Assembly (NCBI RefSeq): GCF_001194135.2 | Contig: NC_068994.1 | Location: forward strand, 22,882,914-22,946,913 | DNA length: 64,000 bases | Direction: 5' to 3' | Source: Octopus bimaculoides | Taxonomy: Eukaryota | Shown: positions 24,364 through 37,697 of the stretch, one piece after another | Position numbering within the stretch: the first letter of the stretch is position 1 | Layout of the letters: every line of letters begins with the position of its first letter | The notes under the pieces: generated by a model | Told to the model about the DNA's origin: nothing | Seen by the model: the letters and a program-made list of their open reading frames with translations, nothing else | Database searches by the model: none | Translations under genes and position numbers: made by a program

Positions 24364-25509
24364 CACATACATATACATATGTGTTTATATAAGTAGGGCA
24401 AATTGCATCAGTGGTTCTCGTGAGTCACTGCTGTAATGATGTTTGTCTTACTTTCTGATATATAATGTTTTTTAACACAACAAAACTATGAAGAAATATT
24501 CTCTCAGATAAAATCTACAGTGTCATGTCTTTTAATGTTGTATATATATATTTAGTATGATACATACATAACGATTTTAATTCAATGCCTCTTCAATTGC
24601 ACTCACTTATTTTATTACAGCTCTTAAAGCTTACTGTACTACCAGTGAATGCATTATTCACTTTTTCCAATATATCTAAACAAGAATTTGATCTAAGCAA
24701 GTAACAAATGTGTTGCACAGCATTCACAAGTCCCAAGTTTGGTGAAACACACCTGCTATTCTTGTGGGCATTGCTGCTCTAATGTTTGCCTTGCTCCAAT
24801 ATTTATTGCTTTTAATACATGTCTATAAAGAGATTTTCTCTCACACAAAAAAAATTACAGTATCATGCTCTATATATACACACACACACACACATATAGA
24901 TGTGTGTGTGTGTGTGTGCATATATGAGAGCGTATACAGAGGTTGAACAAAATGGAAATGCCACTTATTTAAAATTCAACAAAAAACATGTTCAACAACA
25001 ACAAAATACACATTCCATGAATTTTTTCCAGACTGTAAAATACCTCATTTCATTGAAGGTTTAATTAAGTCACAAGTTAGTCATGCTGGTGATTTCTAAA
25101 CAGAATGAAATAGCATTATACATGGTTATGAATGACTAGAAATTTTAAGTACTTTGTATGACAAAAAAAGAAAAAGAATTATTGTGACTTCTATGCATCT
25201 TTTTCTTGAAATTCCCTCAATTTCAAATTTCTAATCTAGTTTTGAATTATGATGAAAAGATTACCTCCCTTGTAATAGCTGTGACTGCTATGAGAACCAC
25301 ATGAGAAAATGAATATTTATATGTATCTATATGTGCATATGTATACATACATATTTGTGTCTGTATATATAAATGTATGTGCACATATATGTGTGTGTAT
25401 ATATATATATATATATAAATATACAAGGTTTGATGGGTAAATTGTTGCCATTTTATATTTTTAATTTTGCACATGTGCATTGCTTGTTTTTAGTTTTGTT
25501 GACTACACA

Positions 25510-26520
25510 GTATAGGTCAGTTGGGCATCATCTGTGAGAAAAACAGCACTATGATGCAATTCACTCTGCCAGAAATTTGGAAACGACATTCTGTAGTGCT
25601 TGGCATTTGCACCGGAAACTCCACTATGAACATTTCAGAGTGTTTGGGTGTCAATCTGAGGAGAGTGCAGAGGATTCAGAAAGAGTTGGATAAGTTTAAT
25701 GGTGATTACAAAGGCACGGCAGCCATGATTGACAACGATCCCTCCAAGTCAATCAGGTCCATTACCAGAGACATGGGAGTGTCTATCAGGCAGGTAGTGC
25801 ATGAAGGCATTCGATATTCCTCATACAAGACAAGAAAGGACCAATTTTTATCCCAAACCATTAAGGACAAGAGTAAATATTGTGCAACAAAGCTTTCGAA
25901 CAAACTCAAGCATCCCCTCCAATCAAACATGCTTTGTTTTTTCTCAGACAAGAAAAATTTCTACCAGGATCAGATAGTGAACACACAGAACAACCGCTGG
26001 CTAGTTAGGTCCCTAAAACATGTACCAAGAGTGATAAAAATCAAAAATCCCATCAACATCATGGTGTTTGGAGTGATCACTAGTGATAGCAATGTTATGC
26101 CTTCATTCATCTTCCCACATGGCTTCAGACTCAACACAGAGGCCTACATCAAATGTCTGGAGGAAGTAGTGCTGCCATGGGTGGGTCAAGAGGGTAGTTG
26201 CTGGAAGACCCTATGCCTGTTAGTAGGACTCTGCACCATGCCACACAAGCAGGAGGATCCAGTCATGACTGTCAGACAATTTCTGCGACCACATCGCCCC
26301 TCTCCCCAGGCTGCAACCCCTTGATTATTATGTGTGAGGCGCAATTGACCAACAAAACTGCTTTTAACACCAAAAATGAACTGAAACCAAGGATTATGAC
26401 AGCACTCACCAACTTAAACAAGGAGACCATCCAGAAGAGTTGCAGGAGATTCCAAAGTCATTTAAAGGCCGTGGTTGAAGCCAATGGTGATTTTATTGAA
26501 TAAATTTCCTCTTTTGTATT
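25510..26520 (+). mobile_element. Decayed Tc1/mariner-superfamily transposase, maT/DD37D-like
   Basis: FFSDKKNFYQDQIVNTQNNRW, MVFGVITSDSNVMPSFIFPHGFRLNTEAYIKCLEEVVLPW, DSAPCHTS, FQSHLKAVVEANGDFIE; internal deletions. Confidence 0.8.
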
Positions 26521-27363
26521 TCAAGATATTTTTATATAAACCCTGTATATATGTATACTTTCTTTTTGATTTTCACAGTTTGCTTCAATTTCTGGTGAAA
26601 TCTATGCTTGTGTATTTACCAGGTTTCTTAAGTCTCACATTGTATGGTCAGTTCCATCACAGAACACCAGAAACCTGAAATCTTAATTTTTTTTGTAACA
26701 TGGCCATCACAGAAGCTATTGTGGTGTTGACCAACATAGCTATTAAATTTGCCAGCTATGATAATGAAATCACTGCTGATCATTGTTTGCAGAAAAGCCT
26801 CACTTCTGGTTATCTGTCAATCTAACTTGTAGAAAATGTTGCTATAACTATTCAGTTATCTTTTTGCACACCATGAATTTCTCACTTATTTTATGTACTT
26901 ATTTCTCAGTTAACAATATGCCTACACTAACCCCCACCCTCACTTTTAATCAATATTCCTACTGCTGTTTCTTGCCTGTGAAGAGTTTAGCTAAGGAACC
27001 TTTCCATCTTACTTCTTGTACACAGTGCATATCCACTCCTCTCTGCTCCAGCATCTTTACAATCTCACCAGACCTACCTGTCATTGTGACTACACTGATG
27101 ATGACAGCCCTTAGGTTTTGGAACTGTGGGTGGGAGGTTTACTGATAATTTTGTTGATTGTTCTTAGATTTCTGAACCTGTTGGGAATAAAAAACTTGCG
27201 CTGTGACATGCTGATAATTGGAAGGTTCACACAGTTATGGTTGTCCTGTCATTTAATTTGCTATCATTCACCCATTCCCCATAATTTTGCAATGTATAAG
27301 TGTTGTATACTTTGTTATCAATTAATATCATTGGTATAATAATACTATTATTATTATTATTGT

Positions 27364-27585
27364 TAAGCTGGTAGAACTGTTAGCAAATTGGAAAAAAATG
27401 CTTTGTGGTATTTCTGACAGCTCTTTACATTCTGAGTTCAAATCCTACTGAGGCCAACCATGCCTTCCATCCATTTGAGGTCAATAAAATAAAGTTCTAA
27501 TCAAGTACTGGGATTAATGTAATTGACATGCTCCTCTCCTAGAAATTGCTGGCCTTGTACCAAAACTAGAAAGAATTATTATTGT
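27364..27585 (+). mobile_element. SINE family A
   Basis: AAGCTGGTAGAACTGTTAG head, CTGAGTTCAAATCC B-box. Confidence 0.75.
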
Positions 27586-30500
27586 TTGGTGTATAGCCTC
27601 AGTTATTTGATAAAGGAGGGAGAAGGATAGTGATACCGAGTACAAGATGTACATGTAATATGGGTGAGACAAAGGCAGTGTGAGAGGAAGGTTAAAGTTT
27701 AGTTTACTAAATGGGAATAAATCAGGATAGCTTTCTGCCATTTGGTGTGTGTGTGGGGTGGATAATATATCATGAAAAATTCAAATGACCATGGAGAGAG
27801 AGAGATATATATAAATAAACAGTTCAGAGAAATGATTGGATGTGGCAAAGGAAGAATTTCTTACTTTCTTTCAACAGAGCACAAGGCTTTTGTCTGAGCA
27901 GCATTGAGAGTTGAAGTGGCTGGGGCCACACTGTCCAAAAATATAAGTGGAGAGGAAGATCAATTGACCAATTTTACTATAAATATTGCAGATATAAAGA
28001 ATTAAATTCTAATCATACTATGTTATGTTTATATCACATAAAATAGCATAACATTTTTTCAAATAAAATTTATATTGAAGTCAAGGGGCATTCAAATCTT
28101 TGGAAAAGATCTTTAACGTTATTTATTATATTACTGCACTATCATATCAATGAAGACAGATTCTTTGAATTTGTTTATACCACATTATGGACATTCAACT
28201 TCCATTAGGCCTCCACAGCATACAAGTAGAAATTAAAAAATTCTGGTCTATGAATAAATCTACAAGTGAGGTTAACCATACCACCTAAATCTTTTGGGAT
28301 TGCTATTATATATTTTGTCTGAAAAAATTAACAAGATACTGCAGAGTCTATCTTTTCTGTAACTTTTTGTGATAAAGTAATGAAAAGACAATCTATTTTA
28401 GAAGTATTTTTTTATTACAAAAAATGAAAGCTACAGAATGAAGTGATGGACTGCAAAGAAATTTAACAATTATTCTGAAATGAAAACTAAAGTTTTCTTT
28501 ATACAGAAATGATGGGGAAAACTTTTAATGGTTTTTACCAAATATTCTGGAGAACATAAAAGAAATAAAATGTGGATTAAATTGTTGCCAAATGAAGAGC
28601 AGATATACCAAATTAAAAACTGAAGTGTAACCTTGAGGAGAACTGCAATACTTAAACATTTCCATAGACTTAATAGTTAATTTAATTCATTAACTTAATT
28701 TTTTTTTATTCCATTTATCAAGTTTCTATTTTTTCTTTCTTTTTTTCTTACCTAAATATTTCACTAATGCTGATGAAAAAATAAACAGAAGTACAGCATT
28801 ATTTAAGGGTAATTTTGATTGAGAATGTCTTGAAATTTAAATTATTTTCTTTTGTTATTTTATCATTGTTTTCTATATTGATATAATCTGACAAGCAAAA
28901 TCAAATGGATAAGTTACAGAAATCTTATATCTATCTTGCTCTTCAGTGTATGAAGGCCACTTTGAGCTTGAAAATTAGAAAACAACTTTAAATCATTAAT
29001 TTATTTGTATGAAAAGATATCACTGGCCACAACAACTCATAAATTGTCTATTTCAAGCTAGTTTACAGTTCTTATCAAACTGTCTCCCAGGTCTTACTTA
29101 CACAGATTCCAGTAAATGAAATAGAAGTTTAGTACTTTTCTCAAGACACAGAATAGCACACAGTAATGGAAATGAACTAGAATCTTCAGAAAGGTTAATA
29201 ATCTACCCACCCAATTCTCCAAACTTTTCAACTATGAATTAAAAATTGCAAATGTTTTTAGTGTTTTGACCTACAATAAATAAATGATGAAAATGAAAGT
29301 AATCCAAAAGAAAATTGATATTAGAGCCTTTTTTTGTATACTATTCAGCAAAATCTGAATATTAGAGGTAGGTATCTGCATATTAGAGTCAATAACATTA
29401 GCAATGACGAAATATTTTAAAAGATCTAGTTTTTAATTTAACTAAATTACTTCAATTCTGAATACAGTTTTGCTGAGACTATTTTTTAAACTGTGCAAAT
29501 GAACAATGTCATTGTTACTTTGATTTTGAGTATGAGAATCCTATGTTGATATGGATGTGATAACTTATTTTCTAAATCTTATCAAGGTTACACTTTAAGT
29601 TTAAAAGCAAGAAGGAACAAGGGACATAGAAAAATACCTTTCATCAATCATGGCATATTTTTGAATGTTTACATATGCATCTGCCATGCACATGCAAATA
29701 TGAATAAATGCAAATATTCCCATATATTTATAAACTGATGTGTACATAAAATGTAAACAATATACAAGTATTGATGAGTTAAAGTTGAATTCAAAACTGC
29801 AATCAACAACACCAAAAAGTTAGCCATTTAATGGTTTTTGTGACTTATTGCATGTAAAACTGTATATGTCTTTAAGATTTCACTAGTGAAATCATTAAAA
29901 TGTATGTAGTCAAGATATTTCACACTTCCAATTGGTTACAATAGTTTTGTCACCAACCAAGAGAGATGTTTACAAAGTCAATGCTTCATCAAATATGTTG
30001 CAAGTTTGTTAATAAATATCCACTTGGTTTCCATGCTTACCACCAAAAAGCTGTGTTTAGTACTAAAGACATGTATATAGACTGAAGTTCAATCACTCTC
30101 AAGTCTCTCCTTCATCTCATTTTAGTAAGTGAATTCTCTCCCTTGATCTTATGGTTGCCCTTAAATTGTAATATTTACTAACACCCACACCCATGTGCAC
30201 ACAGTGTGTGTGTGTAAAATTCCAAAATGCTCATATGTAAAGTTCCTATAGTATCTATATTTTAGTATTGCTATTTCAAAAATTGAAGGGAAATACAAGA
30301 TCGAAAAAGGATTTGTGGAAAAGAAACTGGAAAAACACAAAAGAAGACTTGCCTATATATATATATATATCGTTTTACTTGTACACACATATTAAGGAAC
30401 CATATTTTGTTGTGGTTGTGTGTCTAATGGTCTGGCAAAAAGGAGATTCATAAGAAAGTGAGGTAAAAAGTGAAAAGTGCAATTCACAATAGCTTATATG

Positions 30501-30722
30501 AAGTTGTTAGACTTATCTATTTGCACACATCTGTGTGTGCATGTGTGTGTGTGTGTGTTTTTCAAATGTATTGAAAGCATTCAAAGACAACTCTGGTCTA
30601 ATTCCAATGGTGTTGTGGATGACATGATGATAATGATGATAACCAGCAGTAGAGATTTAAAATAAGTTTTAAATAATGGGAGCATTTTGTTTCCTTTCTA
30701 GTACTGATAATATGCAGGTAAT

Positions 30723-32339
30723 CTAAATACAGAGAAAAGTTGCTCCTTGAATTGTTGGGAAAACTGGTGCACCTGAATATAATTGTATGCTTGTAGGGTA
30801 CATCTGAATAGTGGCAGGGTACATCTGAGTGTTATTAGCGGCAGAAATGAGGTCTGTTGTAGTAGGATGGGATGATGCAATATCTAGTTGTGGAGAAGTT
30901 TGCACTAATGTACCAGATGAAGTGTCAGAATGATGAGAATGAGCCAACACAGAATTTGCAGCCACTAGAGCAGTCGTAGGCGGTGCACTGTTGTCATTCA
31001 TATGTTGTTGTTGCTGGTGATGATGATGAGAATGTAGCTGGATTAAATCACTATGTGAGTCGTTACTGGCATTATTGCTATCAGGTGAATTTCTACAATC
31101 ATCATTCATTTTGTTATTACATTTGTTGGCTCGAAGATGCCGTTCTAAATGATCTTTCCTTGCAAATGCAAACTGACAGGTACCACACTTGAATGGTCGC
31201 TCTCCAGTGTGAATTCGATGGTGGACTTTTAAGTGTGATCTTTCTAAGAATGTTTTATTGCAAAGACTGCAAGAGTAGAGCTTTTTGCCAAGATGAGACC
31301 TCTGATGCCGTTTCCATTCGCCCCGGTCAGTAAACACCTGGGAACATATATTACATTTGAATGGTAATACAGCAGAATGAATCCGTTTATGTAAATCATG
31401 ATGGTTTCTTTGTGAATAGGCTTTCCAGCAGACATCACAACTGAGGGGATTATCGTTATTCTTCTCATTTGAGCTTTGTAAATGAGTTGAAGATGAATTA
31501 TTCAAAGGCTTGTCTGAATTGTTTAATGTCTTTCCATTGGAATGAATCCGTTGTCGGTGAACTGTCAGGTGCGTCCTTTGAGAGAAGCATTTTCCACAAG
31601 ATTCACATTGAAAAGGATTTAAAGCCTTATGTATCCTTTTATGAACATCTTGGCTTAACTTAGCTCTTTGCGTAAACGTTTCCCAACAAACATCACAGTT
31701 AAATGGGTTTTGAATATGATGTAACTGATTTGTCGACACTGATGACGCTGATGATGATGATGAAGTTGACACTTTGCAGTTAGCTGTATGAGACAATGAT
31801 GGTAAAGAAGTTCCATGTGTTCTTAGATGTCTTGTAAGATCACCGTTGCGAGAAAATGAACAAGGACATATTTGGCATTTAAAAGGTTTATCATTTGCTG
31901 TTATAACTTTAGATGTTTTAGGTTTTGAGTAAGTTGATGCTTGATATGATGTACTATGTTCATGTGACATACTTGAATGACAAATAGATGATTTAGGACT
32001 ACCATTTGAAATAGTTTTCCCATGAATACCCATGTGCCTTGTTAAGTTACCATTTCGAGAAAAAGCATCTCCACACACTTGACATTTGAAAGGCTTTTCT
32101 CCACTGTGTGTAACTAAATGTTGTTTTAAATGAGCTTTTTGGGCAAAACATTTGTTACACAAATCACATGCATAAGGCTTATTAGGTACACTAAGATGAC
32201 TGTTGTCTCGGTAAGAAAGATCTAATGTTTGTTCTTGCTCATCTTGTGGTGAAAGTGCTCTTTCTTCATCATTTGGGCTATGAGAGCCATATTTGGAGAA
32301 GGATTTCCCACTAATGTTAACTACATAAGTTTTCTCCAT
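30723..32339 (-). CDS. C2H2 zinc-finger transcription factor, 538 aa, 9 fingers (last is C2HC), CDS apparently in one exon
   Basis: Uninterrupted ORF with repeated CxxC-x12-HxxxH motifs (CDLCNKCFAQKAHLKQHLVTH, CQVCGDAFSRNGNLTRHMGIH, CSLCNKTFLERSHLKVHHRIH) and SGEKPF/TGERPF linkers. Ser/Asn/His/Gln low-complexity spacers. In-frame TGA 9 nt upstream of the ATG. No BTB/KRAB-like N-terminus seen. Confidence 0.93.
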   Translation of the reverse strand: MEKTYVVNISGKSFSKYGSHSPNDEERALSPQDEQEQTLDLSYRDNSHLSVPNKPYACDLCNKCFAQKAHLKQHLVTHSGEKPFKCQVCGDAFSRNGNLTRHMGIHGKTISNGSPKSSICHSSMSHEHSTSYQASTYSKPKTSKVITANDKPFKCQICPCSFSRNGDLTRHLRTHGTSLPSLSHTANCKVSTSSSSSASSVSTNQLHHIQNPFNCDVCWETFTQRAKLSQDVHKRIHKALNPFQCESCGKCFSQRTHLTVHRQRIHSNGKTLNNSDKPLNNSSSTHLQSSNEKNNDNPLSCDVCWKAYSQRNHHDLHKRIHSAVLPFKCNICSQVFTDRGEWKRHQRSHLGKKLYSCSLCNKTFLERSHLKVHHRIHTGERPFKCGTCQFAFARKDHLERHLRANKCNNKMNDDCRNSPDSNNASNDSHSDLIQLHSHHHHQQQQHMNDNSAPPTTALVAANSVLAHSHHSDTSSGTLVQTSPQLDIASSHPTTTDLISAANNTQMYPATIQMYPTSIQLYSGAPVFPTIQGATFLCI

Positions 32340-33147
32340 TGACTTTCAAATCAATTAAATTTCTATCAATAGGTAAAAGTTTTAACTGATTTCTCAACAA
32401 CTAAGTTTAAATAATAAAAATAAGTTGTTGATCTAATAAACTAAAAAATAGTTATGAAGGGATTCTAACCTCTTTATTATTCTGTCTTTCATTTCATTTG
32501 GTTCATTAGTAATACTGAGACTTTGACTTGATTGCTTTTTGTGCCCCCAGAAATTCAAAATATAAACTGAATTTCAACAAATAAGGCATTAGATAAATTT
32601 TTTTATAAACTTTGAAAAGTAATTGAACTGTTATACAACAAATTTTAAAATATTTTCCCAAATAGTCTAATAATTTGGACTAGAGCAAATGAGTTTGAAA
32701 AGTGATACATTTCAGTGGCAGTCATATTTTTCCTCCAAAACAATGTTAAATTATGCTGAAGAGTTTATAACTTTTATTTGTCTCATTTTCAAGCTTCTTT
32801 TATAAGTTTCTCCAACATGAATATCTGAAGAATGAAGAGGAAAATAAATGCTGAGATATTTAAATAAACTTTGTATTATTTTAACAAAAGAAAAATGCAA
32901 TAATGCATGCTGGAAATGAAAATAATTTTTATTACAATATGAATTAGCAACTTTTCAACACTTAAAACCAGAGGAATTATCACCTATCAAAATAGAAGAT
33001 AATGTGATAGTTAAGTGATTTATTCAAGGACGATGGAAAACAATTACCATATTTGCTGGGTTTCTTACATTTGTTAAACTGGAAGTCTAAAAATTTCATA
33101 AGCTAAAGAGGCAAAGAAAAAGAATTAGTTACATTACGCAGCATCAT

Positions 33148-33570
33148 AAGTGCAGGCATAGCTGTGTGGTTGGAAAAGTTTGCTTCCCAACCAGGTGATT
33201 TTAAGTTCATTCCCACTCTTCTGTTATAGCCCCAAGCTAGTCAGAACCTTGTGAGGGGATTTGGTGAAGGGAAACTGAAGGAGGCCTCTGTGTGTGTGTG
33301 TGTGTGTGTGTGTATAGGTATATGTATGTGCATGTACCCTTGTCTGGCATCATGTAATGATTGTAAGCAAGCATCACCATTAAACAAACAATGCTGTTTG
33401 TTTCCCGTCTTCTGTAAAAAAACATATCTGGCCATGGAGAAATATTACCTTGTTCAGAAACAGGTGAGGGTTGGTGATAGGAAGAGCATCCAGACAAAAA
33501 AAAATCTGCCTTTATGAATTCCATTTGACCCATTCAATCATGGAAAAGTGGGTGTATGATGATGATGATA
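33148..33570 (+). mobile_element. Composite SINE: family B tRNA head plus RTE-like 3' tail (family E)
   Basis: Head GCAGGCATAGCTGTGTGGTT...; tail GGTTGGTGATAGGAAGAGCATCCAG...CATGGAAAAGTGG(GAT)n, as in the RTE 3' UTRs of this window. Confidence 0.7.
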
Positions 33571-34144
33571 ATGTGACAATATGTTCTAGATTTACGCTAC
33601 AGACATTTTTTCAAATTGTGTTTATGTGGGGTGCAATGCAATTACCCAAATAAGTTACATCTAATTTATTGCCAAACTTGTTTTAATATACTGAAAGGTA
33701 TTTGCATTTTTTGCAAAGTAGAACAGAGTTTTATGCAAGAGAGGTAATTGAATTTGTATATAATTTGTGTTTCTGAAAGATTAGAAATGAAGGGCCAAGT
33801 TTTAGGAATAGTGTCTTATAACTGAAACAACTGTGTGAGCTAGAAGAGATTGCAACTTTTTTGTGTAGTACTCACGTATCTAGCTAGCATTTAAGGGACA
33901 CATCAGTTTTGCAGTGTGCATATTGTAGGAGTTGTGTGTGCAGCTTTTTAGCAGCAAAAGAACATAGTATATTCTTTTACTATGGTTGCACCTCACATAG
34001 TTTAAGTCACTGGACTGCAGCCATGCTAGAATACCACCTTCAAGAGTTTAATCTATCATACTGATAGGGTTTTAATAAATTACTTAAAGATAGGGTTTTA
34101 ATTATATCGATATCTATTTGTTGAATGATCAAGTTACAGGACAT

Positions 34145-34330
34145 AACATAAACACAGCCACACACACACACACATATACACAATAGGTACAGTGTCTGTC
34201 AACCAAATTTCACTCACAAGTTATCGGTCAGCTTAAGGATACAGGAGACACTTAATGAAAGTGTTGTACAAAGGGATCATACCCAGAGCTGTGTGGTTGT
34301 GATATGGGGAACTTCTTAACCATACAACAT
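34145..34330 (-). mobile_element. Degenerate SINE family B fragment
   Basis: TGTCTGTCAACCAAATTTCACTCACAAG...GACACTT matches the reverse family B core. Confidence 0.55.
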
Positions 34331-34756
34331 TTTGGGACCTCCCTGTATGATAATTTGTGTAATTTGTGCTAAAGAGTTTACTTTTGCAAATAAGTTAATT
34401 TAGTTCCATGAAACATTATGAAATCATGTGGACATGTAAGACTTTTTCTATGCTCTCTGTTTCTATTATAGGACAGAAATCTTTACAAAATCCAAAATGG
34501 AGGGGAATTTTTTGCTGTAGAACTGAAGAATGGTAGCTGGTTGAAGTTATTAAATTGGCAGATTTTGCCTCAACTCCTAACATTTCTAAGTAAATGTTAC
34601 CAACAATAAATATAATATGCTCTGTATCTATATATACTTTATTTTCTGTAACACTTCAGCATTTGAAGCTGTTGAATTTGTTCCAATTTATAAGGTTTAT
34701 ACTTTCTATAAATCATTTGACACGAGCTGGAGTTCCGTTTATTTTATATATATATA

Positions 34757-34906
34757 GGTGCAGGAGTGGTTGTGTGGTAAGTAGCTTGCTTACCAACCAC
34801 ATGGATCCAGGTTCAGTTAGACTGCGTGGCACTTTGGGCAAGTGTCTTCTACTATAGCCTCGGGCTGACCAAAGCCTTGTGAGTGGATTTGGTAGACGGA
34901 AACTGA

Positions 34907-34954
<48 letters not shown>

Positions 34955-34973
34955 CTGTGCTTGTCCCCACCAC
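34757..34973 (+). mobile_element. SINE family B (runs into gap)
   Basis: GGTGCAGGAGTGGTTGTGTGGTAAGTAGCTTGCTTACCAACCACATGG...GGCACTTTGGGCAAGTGTCTTC. Confidence 0.9.
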
Positions 34974-36038
34974 NNNNNNNNNNNNNNNNNNNNNNNNNNN
35001 NNNNNNNNNNNNNNNNNNNNNNNNNNNNNNNNNNNNNNNNNNNNNNNNNNNNNNNNNNNNNNNNNNNNNNNNNNNNNNNNNNNNNNNNNNNNNNNNNNNN
35101 NNNNNNNNNNNNNNNNNNNNNNNNNNNNNNNNNNNNNNNNNNNNNNNNNNNNNNNNNNNNNNNNNNNNNNNNNNNNNNNNNNNNNNNNNNNNNNNNNNNN
35201 NNNNNNNNNNNNNNNNNNNNNNNNNNNNNNNNNNNNNNNNNNNNNNNNNNNNNNNNNNNNNNNNNNNNNNNNNNNNNNNNNNNNNNNNNNNNNNNNNNNN
35301 NNNNNNNNNNNNNNNNNNNNNNNNNNNNNNNNNNNNNNNNNNNNNNNNNNNNNNNNNNNNNNNNNNNNNNNNNNATTTTCTTCCTCTGTCTTCCTTTCCA
35401 TTGGACTTTCCTCTGTTTTTGAAGAAGAGCATTGCTCGAAATGTTAAACCATCTTTCTTTCCTTCCCTGCTAATACTTTACATGTACCACGTCCTCATGT
35501 TGTTGTTCTTTTTTGGTATTTTTCATATATATATATCAAAATAAGCAACAAGGATATTCAAGGTTAATGCAGTACGATTGTTTCATGTGACTCCATTTAT
35601 TTAAGCAATGTGAGCATTACATTAAATGTAAAATGCAGAGCAATCTTCAGCTGCACAAAGATACAGAAAATTTACTGAAATTTCATTTCAGTAGAAGGAC
35701 ATATTATTGTAACTACATTTAAACAATCCAAGTGGGAAGAAAGAATACAAAAAACCATTTTGAATTAGCCAGACCATACAGGCTAGTAATTAATTCTAAG
35801 CAGAATTTTAACTGTCACTGATTTTATTTGTTTTTTTTTTTGTTTCATCTTATCAGATCTAGTGATTTAAAGCTTAAGAGGGCACCAGCCTTTTACAGAT
35901 AAGGAAAGGGAAGGGGTAAACAATATACATGGATATGGTTATAAAGATTCTTTTGGTTTTAGTGATACCACTATTTATTATAGGTTGGGGGTTTTTTCCT
36001 ACTAGCAGACCAGTTTATAATGTAGCAGGGTAACAGTG

Positions 36039-36087
<49 letters not shown>

Positions 36088-36117
36088 TATGTATATAAAT
36101 ATGCATATATACACACA

Positions 36118-36660
36118 CGTGTGTGTGTAGCTGTATGGTAAGAAGTTTCTTTCCCTACAACATGGTTGTGGATTCAGTCGCACTGTATAACACCTTATGT
36201 AAATATCATCTATCATAGACCTTGTGGCAACCAAAGCTTTGTGAGTGGATTTGATACATGGAAAGTGAAAGATGTATGTATGAATGTGTGTGTGTGTGTG
36301 TGTGTGTGTGCATGCATGCATATGTGTATGTGTGTGTGTGTGTGCATGTATTTCTGTCTGTTAGTTTTTGACAACCAATGTTGATTTGTTTATGCTCCTG
36401 TAACTACGAGTTTCAGCAAAAAGAAACTGCTGGAATAAGTACCAGGTTGAAAAAATAAGTACTGGGTCTGATTCATTCAACTAAAAACTTGAAGGCTGTG
36501 CTCCAACATAGTCACATAGACTGCAAAAGTAAAATATAACACACACATACATGCACGGATGGGGACTTTGAGCAAGTGTCTTCTATTATAACCCAGGGCC
36601 AACCAAAACCCTGTGAGTAGATTTGGTAGACAGAAACTGAAAGAACCCCATCATATATGT
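36118..36660 (+). mobile_element. SINE family B copy (36118-36515) plus a partial copy (36555-36660)
   Basis: GTAGCTGTATGGTAAGAAGTTTC...CCAAAGCTTTGTGAGTGGATTTG; second AGCAAGTGTCTTCTATTATAACC...GATTTGGTAGACAGAAACTGAAAG. Confidence 0.75.
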
Positions 36661-36724
36661 ATGTATGCATGTATGTAGGTACGTAGCAACGTACATTTAT
36701 ATATACTGATGCATATGTATGTAT

Positions 36725-37010
36725 ATATATATCGTCATCATTTAACTTAACATCTGTTGTCCAAGCTCGCATGGGCTGGATGGTTTGACCAGGGATGGTA
36801 AGCTGAGGAGCTACATCAGACACCAATCTGATCTGACATGGTTTTTACAGCTGGATGCACTTCCTAATGCCAACCACTCCAAGAGTGTAATGGGTGCTTT
36901 TACATGCCACCGGCATGGGCGCCAGTTGCATGACATGAGTATCTGCTATGACTACGATTTCACTAGGCTTGATGGGTCTTCTTCCGAAGCATGGCATAAT
37001 GCCAAAGGTC
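36725..37010 (-). mobile_element. RTE LINE 3' tail
   Basis: CAGCTGGATGCACTTCCTAATGCCAACCACTCC...GGGTGCTTTTACATGCCACC, with a (CAT)n end. Confidence 0.8.
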
Positions 37011-37033
37011 TTGGTCATATATATAAATATATA

Positions 37034-37260
37034 CAGGGCTGTTCCAAAAGTCACTGACGGGTTTCAATTTTTAATAACTTCCTTAACTGTACAAATAAAT
37101 GCATGAAATTTTGATACAATATAAAGGACATAATAAAAATTAATATGTACAAGACAAATTTTGCAACATCATTCCATCACATATGAAAAATGACATCGTT
37201 TAGATGGCACCCAACACTTACCTCTTTCCAAGTAAGGTGATGTTTCACCATGCCTAAACA
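37034..37260 (+). mobile_element. Tc1/mariner-type terminal fragment
   Basis: TA|CAGGGCTGTTCCAAAAGT terminus; no partner TIR found. Confidence 0.4.
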
Positions 37261-37654
37261 TGATTATGTAGAAGATTAAAAACAACACATCTTCTGTGAC
37301 AGTAACACTCACAACTATTGCCTGATGTCAAGGCAATTAGACAGAAAAATGTACACACACACATATATACATATTTATGCATATATATGAAATCTGTCTG
37401 ATCCATGTGAGGATGCAAAAGTGGATGTTTCACATACGCACACACGGTTCAAATGTACAATAAACAAAAGATGGAGACAGATGAAGGAACAACAAGCAGA
37501 TGTATTAGTTTGATGCTAAGGAAAAATGGAAAAATCTTTGACATTTGCAGCCTATTCTCTTCAACAGAAAGGGAGGAGAAGAAAAAATGAAGAGAGAGGA
37601 AAAAATAGAAAGAGAGAGAAAAATGTGTTGGGATTAATGGCTCCACATGTTGAA

Positions 37655-37697
<43 letters not shown>

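Noticed and set aside
25521-26324. 267-aa ORF as an active transposase
   Set aside because: FSD(E>K) mutation, internal deletions and a frameshift before the second Asp.
27750-30260. Extra exons in the repeat-poor AT-rich stretch
   Set aside because: No ORF or splice pattern I can support; it may be ZNF 3' UTR or downstream DNA, which needs RNA data.
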